A DNA stretch of 64,000 nucleotides, taken from positions 48,112,001 to 48,176,000 of the forward strand of contig OZ024751.1 in NCBI GenBank assembly GCA_964016885.1, read 5' to 3'. This document shows positions 51,031-64,000 of this stretch, piece by piece. The position numbers were made by a program, and so were the translations under genes. This stretch comes from Eledone cirrhosa. Lineage: Eukaryota. Below the pieces are notes generated by a model. The model was not told the DNA's origin, did not search any database, and worked only from the letters and a program-made list of their open reading frames with translations. How positions within the stretch are numbered: the stretch's first letter is position 1; each line of letters opens with the position of its first letter.

Positions 51031-54000
51031 CTGGAAAACAATTGAAAATCTAAATCAACAACATGAGCATTTTAAGGTCATTTCTATCTATTGAAGCAGG
51101 AGTGGGACCTAACAGGTCTTATCATCATGAGGTCATTTTTATCGCTGGTTAACCTTTTTAAATCATATTATGACATTCAGGGATATGGTATATTTATTCT
51201 ACACATCATCACCAGTTAACGTCCATTTTCCCTGCTAGCAAGGTTTGGATGAGTCTTCCACGTACAACAGACCTATGATCCAAACATTCCAGCTGTGACC
51301 ATCCTATATTTTTAGGTATATGTTTTTTAACATAATCCTGGAAACTCAGAAACAGACAGTAATAAAAACTGATGCTTGTATAGTACATAAAATAATGTAG
51401 AGATGTCAGGAAAGTGAACAGTGTATGAGTCATGATATACACACTGGCTCACACATGTGTGGAGGGGGAATATTAGGTGTAATGTTAGCGAATGTCAGGA
51501 ATGTCAGCTAACAACTGATGCAGGTAGTTTGTTCCATGCTTCAACAACTCTGAGCATGAAAAAGTGTTTCCGAAATAATTTATGCACAAAGCTAGCAATT
51601 TTTAGGGGAAGGAGATTAAGAAGAAAGGCGGGGGGACATATTTCAAATTACCTCGCAGATTCAAAAGCACAAATTCTGCAAATCGTGCGTTTCTTACTTG
51701 GACGTCGAACCAAGTAAGGGTAATCATGTATATTGAAACTGTCATAAGGATGCAGCATTCTGGAAAGAAGAAAATAATAAATTAGTCCAATTGGTGTTTA
51801 GAACATTACATATATATTTAGATGGTGTTTAGAACATTACATATATATTTAGATGGTGTTTAGATCATTACATATATATTTAGATGGTGTTTAGAACATT
51901 ACATATATATTTAGATGGTGTTTAGATCATTACATATATATTTAGATGGTGTTTAGATCATTACATATATAATTAGATGGTGTTTAGAACATTACATATA
52001 TATTTAGATGGTGTTTAGATCATTACATATATATTTAGATGGTGTTTAGAACATTACATATATATTTAGATGGTGTTTAGATCATTACATATATAATTAG
52101 ATGGTGTTTAGATCATTACATATATATTTAGATGGTGTTTAGAACATTACATATATATTTAGATGGTGTTTAGAACATTACATATATATTTAGATGGTGT
52201 TTAGATCATTACATATATATTTAGATGGTGTTTAGAACATTACATATATATTTAGATGGTGTTTAGAACATTACATATATATTTAGATGGTGTTTAGAAC
52301 ATTACATATATATTTAGATGGTGTTTAGATCATTACATATATATTTAGATGGTGTTTAGAACATTACATATATATTTAGATGGTGTTTAGAACATTACAT
52401 ATATATTTAAATGGTGTTTAGATCATTACATATATGTTTAGATGGTGTTTAGATCATTACATATATAATTAGATGGTGTTTAGAACATTACATATATATT
52501 TAGATGGTGTTTAGAACATTACATATATATTTAGATAGTGTTTAGATCATTACATATATATTTAGATGGTGTTTAGAACATTACAAATATATTTAGATGG
52601 TGTTTAGAACATTACATATATATTTAAATGGTGTTTAGATCATTACATATATGTTTAGATGGTGTTTAGATCATTACATATATATTTAGATGGTGTTTAG
52701 ATCATTACATATATATTTAGATGGTGTTTAGAACATTACATATATATTTAGATAGTGTTTAGATCATTACATATATATTTAGATGGTGTTTAGAACATTT
52801 CATATATATTTAGATGGTGTTTAGAACATTACAAATATATTTAGATGGTGTTTAGATCATTACATATATATTTAGATGGTGTTTTGATCATTACATATAT
52901 ATTTAGATGGTGTTTAGAACATTACAAATATATTTAGATGGTGTTTAGATCATTACATATATATTTAGATGGTGTTTTGATCATTACATATATATTTAGA
53001 TGGTGTTTAGAACATTACATATATGTTTAGATCATTACATTTAGATCGTGTTTAGATCATTACATATATATTTAGATGGTGTTAAGGACATTAAATGTAT
53101 TTAAATTGGAATATTTAGCCAGAATATGTGGGTATAAGGCGGCAGATTGAAAGAAGAGATGGGCTCCGACAGACTTTAAAATCTTCAAGAAACACCGTTT
53201 ATCAATATGGCGTCCCTAGGACTTCATCAAGAGTTATGGGCCCATACATACATGTGGCTATATCAGGCAAGCTTCCATCTTTATACCACAGCAAACAGTG
53301 GTTCCTGCCTGTTAGCATATTTATTGATTTTCTGCCTGAAAAGCTCTTACATAAAACTATAATGGAAGTTTTGATCTAAATACAATAATTTTAACTCAAG
53401 AGGTTTTGTATCCAGGATAGAAGGGTGTCCCCGAGTTGGGGTTTGGAGCAAAGGGGTCAAGAATGACTATAGCCAGTAAATGAGAATGTAGTTTTACTCA
53501 CCTTATTTCAGATACTACAAGAAGGTGCTCACAATTACCTTGATGCATGTATACATAGGGGTAGCCAATCCTTAAACTGAGGTCACTGAATTTTGTCTCC
53601 TCCATTGGCAGACTTTTATAATGAGTTCCTGCCTCAGCTGCCCAGCTAATTATTTCACTGAAAATAAATACATGCATATTGTTAACCTATGTAAACATGG
53701 GAAAATAGACATTAAGCAGTTGATGCTGTTGATGATATAGTTACTGTAGGAGTATGTGTTTATAGATACATACATACATACATATATATATATACGCAGT
53801 AATACAGAAGACCCGCCTTGCCTATGTACAAAGCAAAACCTAGTCAGCAGGCATCTCCTAACCAAATATATACCCCATCCCACTACCCCCCCCCTGCACA
53901 CTCCCACCAACACCATCCTTTCTCTGTAAAGTTATGTTGGTACCACAACATTCAGTCCAAAATAAATTAGGTTGTGTAGGTGTCACGACAAAAAAAAAAC

Positions 54001-55684
54001 AAAACACAGTCCACGCTGTAATGTGGCCGTGTAGGTAACACGGTAGAAACCTCCCAGTTCCATACTGTAAACGTGGTTGGTGTTAGGAAGGGCATCCAGC
54101 CGTAGAAAACCTGCAAGACAGCCCTATACGAGCGAGACATTGTCACCTGACCAATCTTGCCTCAAGTATGACAAATTCCCATCTAAGCCCATGCTAACGT
54201 GGAAGATAGATGTTAAATGATGATGATGATGATGATGATACATATAGGATCCCATAACTCCTTGTGGAGTCATAGAGGCATCATCAAACGGCATGTCTAG
54301 CCCTTTAGTATTCACATTACTCTATATTTACTATTATATTTTTATGGTAAAGGCTTTACCTTACATAATTAACTCACATAATATCGAATCTACAAGATTT
54401 TAATATTATTTATTTTGAGAACAATACTTTAACATAAGTATGAGTGGCTGGTTACAGCCAGTTTGAACAGAAAGAGGTGAGAGAATTCTCGCCAGATACG
54501 GCCAGTTTAAATGCTAAAAGGTTAACCCTTTAATGTTCAAACCAGCCAAAGCCGGCCAGAATTCTCTACCTCTTTCTGTTGAAACTGGCTGCAACTGGCC
54601 ACTCATACTGATGTTAAGGTATTGTTCTCAAAATAAATACTTTCAAAATCTTATAGATTCGATATTATGTGAGATAATTATGTGAGGTAAAACCTTAACC
54701 ATGAAAATATAATAGTATATATAGAGTAATGTGAATGCTAAAGGGTTAAAGCAGTTTCAAACCTGGCAAGGCCCAACCCTCTCCAGGTCTAAACACAGCC
54801 GATTCTTTTCTATAAATATATATGATAAAGAGAGAGAGAGAGAGAGAAAAAGATAGATTCACTGATATAGAAATATACTTACTCGCTATATTTTGGACTG
54901 TCAGAATGTCTTGTGTCATCGTAAAAGACATCCTCAATAAAGAAATATCCAGACTTGAATATATCCTGCAACAGAAGAAGAGGACAATAATGATGGTTAA
55001 CTATCCCCTACGGGTGTAGACTGTCCAATAATTGTTTCTACTTTTGGCACAAGGCCAGCAAATACCCAGTGTATTACTGGTACTTTATTTTAAACCTGTA
55101 AGGATGAAAGGCAAAGTTAACCTCGGCGGGATTTAATGATCGTTCCCTGCCTCTTAGAGACGGCTCCCTGTCCCCTTGGGGTGTAGACTGTACAATATAT
55201 AGATCAGAGATAAGAGAGAGAGAGAAATAGATATATACAGAGAGTGAGAGAGAAATAGACAGGTGCAGATATATATACAGGATGGCCCAAAGGTCACACA
55301 GGGGTTGCAACTGTTTATAATTTTTTGATTTTATTTTTCATAAGTAATGTAGAGGTGTGACAGGGATTGTGACAGGGAGTGTGACAGGGATTGATAAGTG
55401 CAAAATAATTTCCATTATGTCTTTTAATTTGTATCAAAATTTCATGCAACAATCTGTACAATTCAGGAAGTTAATAAAAACTAAAACCCTTATGTGACTT
55501 TTGGGCCACCCTGTATATATATATATATCATCATCATCATCATTTAACGTCCATCTTCCATGCTTGCATGGGTTTGGACGGGAGTTTTCCCACTTGAGGC
55601 AAGATTAGTTGTCCTGCTCGTATAGGACTGTCTGGCGGGTTTTCTATGGCTGGATGCCCTTCCTAGCACCAACCACGTTTACAG

Positions 55685-55716
<32 letters not shown>

Positions 55717-56189
55717 TAAATTTAGCAAGAATTGCATTTCGGCGGGTAGAAATTAGCAAAACGCAACTTCCGTATTGGGCAGACAAGCGCTCCATGGATA
55801 TGAAGAAGAAGATACCAGAGCTATAAACATAAGTTAAAAAGGTCATACAAACTGAGACGATGGTTAAGAAGCCATTAACCAACAGAGCCAAAAAAGCGAA
55901 CAAGCTAAACAGGTCAAACAAAATAAGATATGATTTATATATATATATATCTATCAAGATAAGCAGAACAAGCAAAATTCAACCAATTTTTTTAAATAAA
56001 TTAAAAAATATAATTTAAATATTTACCTATTCTTTTGGCCCTTACCGATCGGTTTCGCTTTGTAAAACACCAGAAATCCAATGGATTTCCAATGGAAAAT
56101 CAAAGTTCATCAGAGAAGCATTTTCCTTACCCAGGAACGATAAAATATATTGTTATCTGCCAGCTAGCACAGACTAGCATATTAACTTC

Positions 56190-56284
<95 letters not shown>

Positions 56285-59200
56285 AATATATATATATACA
56301 TACCCGGGCACAAAGGTTGATATCAAGGTCTGGGTCCTCACTGTAATCACCAGTAACAAGGAGGTCACTAACACAACAGATACGGTCACGGAACTCTGTT
56401 AACTTCTGTTGTCCTAACACAGCAAATACATGTTCTAATCCCACCTAGACAGGGAAGAAAGGAGGAGACAGACAATAAACAACAAGGAGAACATGTGTGT
56501 ATATATATATATATCATCATCATCATCATTTTACATCCGCTTTTCCTTGCTTGCAAGGGTGGGATGGGAGCTGATTCTGGCTTGATTTCTACAGCTGGAT
56601 GCCCTTCCTAACACCAACCTCATTTACAGGGAGTGCTGGGTGCTTTTTTTTTCCATGGCACCTCCACGACCACTTTGCAGTGGAATGATATGGACCCCAG
56701 TCCCTATTATCTCATTTCTACAGCTGAGTAAACTGGAGCAATGTGAAATAAAGTGTCTTGCTCAAAGAAACAACACATCACCCGGTCTGAGAATTGAACT
56801 CACAACCCTTCGATTGCAAGGCCAATGCTCTAACCACTAAGCCATGTGCCTCCACATATATTTATGTGCCTGCCCCCACATATATATATATATATATATA
56901 TATATGTGCCTCCATATATATATATATATGCAAGCAGGGAAAAGCGGACGTAAAATGATGATGATGATATATATGTATATATATATATATATACATGTAT
57001 CCATGTTCTGGTCTAACCCATGCTAGCATGGAAAGTGGACGTTAAGTAGTGATGATGGTGATGATATATATATACATATATATATGTACGAGTGAGACGC
57101 AGTCACCCAGCCAATCTTGCCTCAAGTGGGACAAACCCGTCCAACCCATGCTAGCGTGGAAGATGGAGGTTAAACGATGATGATGATGACATACATATAT
57201 GTGTATATATCATCATTATATTATTAAGTTGTATGGTACGCGTTTCATGTTTTTTCTACTTTCCTCCATAAGTGACATGTATTTTTGAAATTTATTCTGA
57301 AGATGATGTCCAAACATAGTTCAATTTTAATATCAACTAGGCCTATTGATTTATATATTGATATGTCTCATTCTTATGGATCGAATTGTAATGTTGTCCT
57401 CTGAAACAATTGTAAGCTAATAAATATTTTTTCAAGAATTTTGGTTCTACTATAATTTTATATATATATATATATAAAATTGCCTTGTCTGACGAATGAA
57501 TGAGGACGTTTCTTGTATTCGTCTTATTCAGGAAACCTCTGGCAATGAGGTAATTATATTGTTTATTATACATTATATATATATATATATATATATGCAT
57601 GCTCAATGACTGGCTTGTCAGTATTATGATTGTTGTTTTGAATGTGTGTGTTTTTTGTTACTATTATGGGTGTATTGTATGGGGAGGGGGCAGCCCACCC
57701 TCTCCAGGAAAAAAGTTGACTGCCAGAATGTTGGCAGTTAGATTAGTTGATCGCATACGAAAAAGAAATGTTTCCCATTGAAATTGATTGGAGTATTCTT
57801 CTATAATAATGCTATAGTTATGTTTGTGTGTGTATACATTGTGTATACATGTATATGTATAGAAATGTATGTATAGGCAGGTGATGTTTGAAAGATACTC
57901 ACCCCTGTTGCAGACATGCTTCTGCTCATGTTTCTGTTGGTTTCTTTGGACTTATATAAAGAGATAAGGATTAAAGCATCTGGAGTAACCACTCTGTTTT
58001 CTTCTGGAGGCTGAGGTTTGGCCTCGTCACTCAGCTAAATTAGAAATAAAATGACATTAATAAAATGACAAATTATCATTAGCATCAGCATTAATTTCTG
58101 TTTGGTCTAACACACCTGCCTGGACAAATGTGTATGTACAAGGTGTTGCTGAAAAGTTCCAGGCTTTGGATAAAAGAAAATACAGGAGGATCAGTTAAAT
58201 TTTATTTTATTCAACATATTCCCCTCTCAGATTCACACACTTATTGCAGCGGTCCTTCAGTTTTTCTAAGTCCTGTAAAAAGAACTCAGAAGGTTGGGCC
58301 TTCAACCAGCCCTATGTAGCAGCGATCAACCAGGAACTTTTCAGCACCCACTTGTATCGTATGTGTACATGTGTTTTTAGATCTTTTGTGCAAGGGTATT
58401 TACACACAAACAGTATAGAATGGTGTAGTGACAGCTACACAGAGCCAAATACACATATACATATATTCACATAGATACAAAAATGGTGTGACTATAATAT
58501 ATACCAATACACGTACACATCCACACACACATGTACATATATAGCCACATCCACACATACATGTACATATATAGCCACATCCACACATACATGTACATAT
58601 ATAGCCACATCCACACATACATGCACAGAACAGAGAATGATGTAATAATAACCCCCACCCCCCCTCCCCCCACACACACAACACATATAACCACATGCCC
58701 CCACACAACCACACACACACAACACCACACATATATAACCATATACTCATACATATGCACACAGCCACTCACAAAACAGAGAATGATGAGAACCACCCAC
58801 TCAATGTCCAGATTATATAATAGATGAAAGAGCTTACCAGTTCAACATCCAACAATTTGTGTTTCTGTGGAAACAAAACATTTCTTTTGTAGAATGGGTC
58901 GGCATTGCGCTGTTTTACATCTCTTTCTTGGAGCCTAACATTAGTCAAATATATATATATATATTAGTCATCCATATATACAGGGTGTCCCCAAAAATTT
59001 GAAAGAATTGGCTATGTTATTAGACTATGAAATGATGTCAATTTTATTGGGACACCCTGTATTAGTCATATATATTAGTCAAATATATACATTTCCTGTA
59101 CCATACTCATAGCCTATGGAAGAATTTACAGCATGGACAGGGTGAATTTTATCATACCAAGAGCAATGGTAGTAGTAGTAGTCATCATCATCATCATTCG

Positions 59201-59849
59201 TCGACTAGTGTCGAGATGATGGATCTCACTCTCATGCCCCAGAATTCCGTCCCCCATCGCTGCCCCCAGGTCCTGTCTACTGATTCCCGTATCACTAGAG
59301 ATAACGTCAGGGAATGACAGCCTCCTACTCCTAGTCAGGCTGGAGTCAGGGTTCCAGAGCAAGAGAGTGGATATGATTTCAAATTTAGTAGTAGAAGTAG
59401 TAGTGATGGTAGTAATAGTAGTAGAAGTAGTAGTGATAGTAGTAGTAGCTGTAGTAACAGTAAAGACGACTGCAAAAAAAGTAAAGGCGAACTTACCTGA
59501 CAGACATGAGTTTGACGTTTTCTGTGAAGACATTTAGACATGGGTATCTGGCTTTCACTTCATCTCCAGAATATAATAACTGTTCACTGTAGAGAAAGAC
59601 AGAGAGTATAAATATAATAGGTCAACTTTGCCTTTCATCCATTCCAGGTCGATAAAAAAAAAAAGTACCAGTCATGTACTGGTGTCGATTCTTTGATGTT
59701 CGGAACAGATATTTCAAAACATTTCATGGTGCTGCTACTTTTGAGTTTTGCATGCTTGTATATAAACACACAGGTAGTTACATATTTACATTTACTTACA
59801 TAGATATATACATACAGACAGACAGAAAGATAGAATAGTGTATAGTTCG

Positions 59850-59912
<63 letters not shown>

Positions 59913-60019
59913 CCAGCCGAATCAGTTGGAGACAGTTGCTTCTGACAGGAAACCACTGGAGGCAGTGTTTGAGGACTCTTCCCCCAGGACCCCCTCGAGA
60001 ATAACTGGGCGAAGAAGAT

Positions 60020-60083
<64 letters not shown>

Positions 60084-60316
60084 AGGTGATTCCAGCAAGC
60101 AGTCACTCACCTACAATTAACAGTATGTCTATAATATTCATCATCGTCAATGTCCATAGCCTCTTGTATATATTGTTTCTCAGACTTGACAGTATTAATA
60201 TCATATTCCGACATTTGCTTCCATGATTCAATAAATTCACTGATTTTAATCAATTCTCCACCGGTTTCTCGTAAATTTGATCCAGTCGAAGATTTTGAAG
60301 GCTGTGGTGAGGCCAT
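50883..60316 (-). CDS. SNAPC3: snRNA-activating protein complex subunit 3 (SNAP50), complete 9-exon model, 386 aa
   Basis: Exons 60316-60111, 59586-59497, 58934-58838, 58034-57903, 56444-56304, 54965-54883, 53657-53502, 51759-51652, 51030-50883; GT-AG, phases consistent, 1161 nt. Motifs [60 protein letters not shown]...[17 protein letters not shown] match the SNAPC3 zinc-finger region. Confidence 0.95.
51792..53085. repeat. 31-bp minisatellite (about 42 copies) in SNAPC3 intron 7
   Basis: Unit TAGATGGTGTTTAGA(A/T)CATTACATATATATT, no unique spacers. Confidence 0.95.
53502..53657 (-). CDS. SNAPC3: SNAPC3 exon 7
   Basis: EIISWAAE...[34 protein letters not shown]. Confidence 0.95.
55278..55513. 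mobile_element. Tc1/mariner MITE
   Basis: TA-CAGGATGGCCCAAAGGTCACA...TGTGACTTTTGGGCCACCCTG-TA. Confidence 0.8.
56304..56444 (-). CDS. SNAPC3: SNAPC3 exon 5
   Basis: [39 protein letters not shown]. Confidence 0.95.
58139..58354. mobile_element. Mariner-derived MITE
   Basis: TA-CAAGGTGTTGCTGAAAAGTTCC...GGAACTTTTCAGCACCCACTTG-TA. Confidence 0.8.
58981..59059. mobile_element. 79-bp Tc1/mariner mini-MITE
   Basis: TA-CAGGGTGTCCC...GGGACACCCTG-TA. Confidence 0.75.
60111..60316 (-). CDS. SNAPC3: SNAPC3 coding exon 1
   Basis: ORF 60107-60316 ends at AG|gtgagt; phase 2 matches the next exon. Confidence 0.85.
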
Positions 60317-60729
60317 AGGTTCAAGATCGAACTAGCAGAAACTAACTTAAGACTTATTTATTCACTCTACGACAATATTTGACAACTTCAGATTGAATTT
60401 AGTTCGTTTTTACTATTTTCAACAGGAAATTTTTATTCTGTTACTCGGCCGTGTAATTTTAGTCCCTTTTAATATAATTTATTTTTATTTTTCCTCTTTT
60501 AATTGAAGTTAATTAAGAATTTAATTAAAATATTCATATTTAATATTCAGACTGTAATATTGTCGACTGTATACCAGTATATATATATATATATTTATGA
60601 CGACATACTTTAATATGATATAAATATATATATATGCATATGAAATAGAGTTGGGTAAACAACAGAATGTGTTGGCAAACAGTAAACAATTGAAAGCCGC
60701 TTTCAGGAAGTTTAAGGTACAATACATTC

Positions 60730-60935
60730 CGCGCATGCGTAGTTAGTTGTTTTTTATTTTTAAACTTGTCATTATTTTGTAGTACGACAGAAACACATAA
60801 TTGATTAGTGCTATAAGCAAAGGGAAACAACTCAGGTATATTAACATTTGTCACTTATTAGTACCGTCCCTTGTTTTCATCTGCAATCAATTCATATTGA
60901 ATGTACTAGAAGCAGTAAAATTACGCGCAAAAAAC
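60730..60935 (-). promoter_or_regulatory. Putative SNAPC3 upstream elements (NRF1-like and E2F-like)
   Basis: GCGCATGCGT at 60731-60740; TTTTTGCGCG on the minus strand at about 60924-60933. Confidence 0.3.
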
Positions 60936-63900
60936 TGTGCACCCCGCAGACGCGTGTACCCTTATTGTAATTCTCAGGGATATTCAGCATGTCAGTGCAT
61001 GACATATTAATGAGGGACATATTGTGTATATGGGGGTGGTAGTGTGAGGGACATACTATATGTATATATGTGTGTGTACGTATATCTTCTTCGCCCGACA
61101 TATTGCGGAAATGAGAAGTACATTATATTTTAAGGGACATGCTATATATATGAGGGTGATATAACAGTAAGGCGCTGGATAAAATGGGGTTATTGAACGC
61201 CCTTGACCTAAATGGTGGTTTGGAGACGGTGGACTTTTAGGAGAAAAGATAGTGTTACGAAAAACTGATAACAGCAGCTAGAACATAGGTCGACTGTAAG
61301 AAGATGTATGAGGAATAATTCACTCGGGTTTTCGACAGTTTGTACTACGCAACATGACTGAATGATTAAACGCTTCTTCTCGCAATCATTAGGTCCCAGG
61401 TTCGGTCCCACTGCGTGGCGTCTTGGGCAAGGTCGACCTACGACCTCTGAGTGAAATTGGGTAGACAAACTATTTGGAAGCCCGTCGAATGGACTGTACA
61501 TGTAGTTCAAATGGAGAGCCTTGTCACATATTCTATGTTAGGCTGAATCTCCCTGAGGATTACATTAATGATACATGTGTTTGTGGAATGCTCAGCCACT
61601 TCTACGTTCATTTCATGAGCAAGCTGTTTCGTTGATCGAAGAGCTGGAACTTTCATCTTCATCGTCGAAACCGACGAACGTCCCTTGACCGCTACGACCT
61701 TAATGGTTTCAATGAGAGCCGTTATTCGTCCCTATTTTGGTAGATGTCTTTTGTAGCTGACAACAGATTGATAACATTCACATAGCTATTAACATGGCTG
61801 TGTGTGGTGTGTGTATGGTTGGTGGTGGTCGTAGTGCCACTCCTAGGTAGCAGCGTAGCTAGGGTGACCGAACGTGGGGTTCGCTCCTGGCGACACATTT
61901 ATGTGTGTGTATGTGTGTGTGTTAGGGGTACTTTTAAGGGTTTGATGGTATATATATTTTATTAGGTGGAGTTGGGGTTGGAGTTATACTCAATGGCTGC
62001 CTCTGGCGGCACACACAAAATAGCTACGTCGCTGTTGCTAGGCAACGAATAAATAGGGTTATTAGAAGGAGAGATGATTAAAAGGTAGGCTATTTATTCT
62101 ATGTCACTCCGTTCTGAGTTCAAATTCCGCTGAGATCGATAAATAAAGTACCAGTACTGAGTCGATTCTTCCTCCCTCTCTCCCTCCCTTTCCCTTTTCC
62201 ATAGTAATTATTTATGCTCTTGTATATACAGAGTTTAAATCCAGGCCTCGTTATAAAGAAATACCAACAAGTCGGGAGCTGGAGTCGATTTCATATTTCT
62301 ATATAGTAGCATTCTTGATGTTATTGGAATTATATAATTATAATAATAGAAGATTCGTAACTTTGTGGCGAATTTCGGACCCCGACACCACCCTCCTTAT
62401 CCTCACCCCATCTCCATTCCCACCGCTTTCATCGTAGTTGCCATTGCTAGTGTTGTTGGTGTTATTGTTGTTGATTATGTTCTCCAGGCAGGTTGGTGAG
62501 ATGATCGCGTGTTAACGAGATTTGACAAGATGAGTAGCAATTGAATTATGAGACCGCTGCATAAACGTCTAACGAAATATGTCAGTTTATGCTGTGAACT
62601 ATAATGGAGAGAGAGAGAGAGATGGGGGGGGGGGATAGATAGAGAGCAATTAAATTAAGACTGACATTAGCATATGTAATCTGAATGACGTCACCATTGG
62701 TCGTCTGACTGAAAGCTTTTATCATCATCACCACCACCACCATCATTTCGCCATTTTTCACTACTATAGTTGGACCAAATATTATGATAAATGGATTGGA
62801 GGATTCAAAAGCCGAACTGGTCAATAGATTTGGTGATGAGTTCGTACCAGTGATACTTCCTGCATGAACTCACAGAAGGCAATGCATACGTAAGATATAC
62901 AAATTATTTTGTTTTATCGCAAAATAAATAAAAGTCACTGAGCAAAACTACTCAGAGAGGAAATCTATTCCGAATTCTCTCCCGTACTCAACGAAAGCCA
63001 TTGATTATATCTGGGGCTGCCGGTTGTTTCGAAAGACCACGAAGTCTCCACCTGAAAAGTTTCTCACCAAGGTGCAGAAGGTGCGGGTCTATGGAAGGTT
63101 TTTTTTAATCTGTGGAAGACCAGTAGTTACCCATCTATGCAAGTTTCTCGTCTCCTTGTCAGCAATGTTGTCTAAAGGAAAGAACCGCGATATAGCTTGC
63201 CACCAGTGTCATAGCAAATCAAACTCAGAATGTAATGGATACTACAGGACTTCTCATTCGTTTTTTTATAACAATCTTCCTCTCCAATTCCCCACTGGTA
63301 TTTTATTTACCGAACCTGGACAGATGAAAGACCAAGTCGACTTTGAACTGCGATCAAACTTTAGGATTTGAACACAGAACATTCTAGCATCAAACTCACA
63401 TAATGATTTAGCAAAAAGTATCTACTTATACATCTGTTAATCCAAATGTTCATAGTATCTCTATTGGTGGACAGAGCGTTGTGAAATTGTTTAAACAGGA
63501 TTAGAGTAAAGACTGGTATTTAATGTGACGTGGTTAGAACGTTTTGCTAATGTGGTTTGATGTGGTTTATTCAAATATTTACTTGTGGACAGATCGTTGT
63601 AAAAATGTACAGCATTAGAGTAAAGAATTAATGTGATGCACTTAAATCGTTGTTTTGTACTTTCCAGGAACGTTTTGCTAATGTGGTTTCATGTGGTACA
63701 GGATGTTAACATTTAATCCGATACTCTAGCGACGATTCTGCCAGTTTGACTAATATTACTTATTCACCCCTCCTCATCGTATGATTATTTTCTAGTTGTC
63801 CATTAACTTTATTTCTTCTTTAATTTCTCATTCTATTTTCTGATGAAAGAATAGCGTCCGAAACCTTAAGTCTCTTTTCCTACTGTATCAAGCGTAAAAC

Positions 63901-64000
63901 TAATATATTTCTTTACTGTACTGTGTCGTTTGCTTTGTTATTTCTGTTTACCTTTTGCATATATATATATATATATATATACTGTATATGAATATTTAAA

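Noticed and set aside
51792-53085. CRISPR-like regular array
   Set aside because: No unique spacers, no cas genes, eukaryotic intron; plain minisatellite
53200-53375. Exon-like unique sequence with an acceptor in SNAPC3 intron 7
   Set aside because: No SNAPC3 similarity; stops after a few codons in the spliced phase; exons 7 and 8 join cleanly without it
55720-55930. Possible Penelope RT/GIY-YIG linker fragment (LPYW...)
   Set aside because: Similarity too weak to call without a profile search
62760-63700. Possible exons and a duplicated segment of about 120 bp near the right edge
   Set aside because: No recognisable protein motif, and stops in the candidate frames

Overview
AT-rich, microsatellite-laden eukaryotic DNA; the SINE and repeat families suggest an octopod cephalopod (inference). 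Splicing by hand gives three protein-coding genes that the ORF track largely misses. These are the 45-nt first coding exon of endophilin A (- strand, 20057-20101, so 1-20056 is probably its intron 1), a complete 15-exon CHAF1A/CAF-1 p150 (+, 31900-47173, about 1307 aa, with a long C-terminal extension), and a complete 9-exon SNAPC3 (-, 60316-50883, 386 aa). The rest is SINEs, MITEs, decayed mariner/RTE/R4-like elements and tandem repeats. The most striking unannotated signal is a dense set of type I / minimal hammerhead-ribozyme motifs from at least five sequence families. Some show compensatory base changes and palindromic loop III, they sit in short (TA)n-anchored Penelope-like fragments, three pairs are arranged back-to-back, and several lie on the sense strand of the endophilin A intron. 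The endophilin A-CHAF1A head-to-head pair also mirrors human SH3GL1-CHAF1A. All calls come from reading the sequence; no searches were run.
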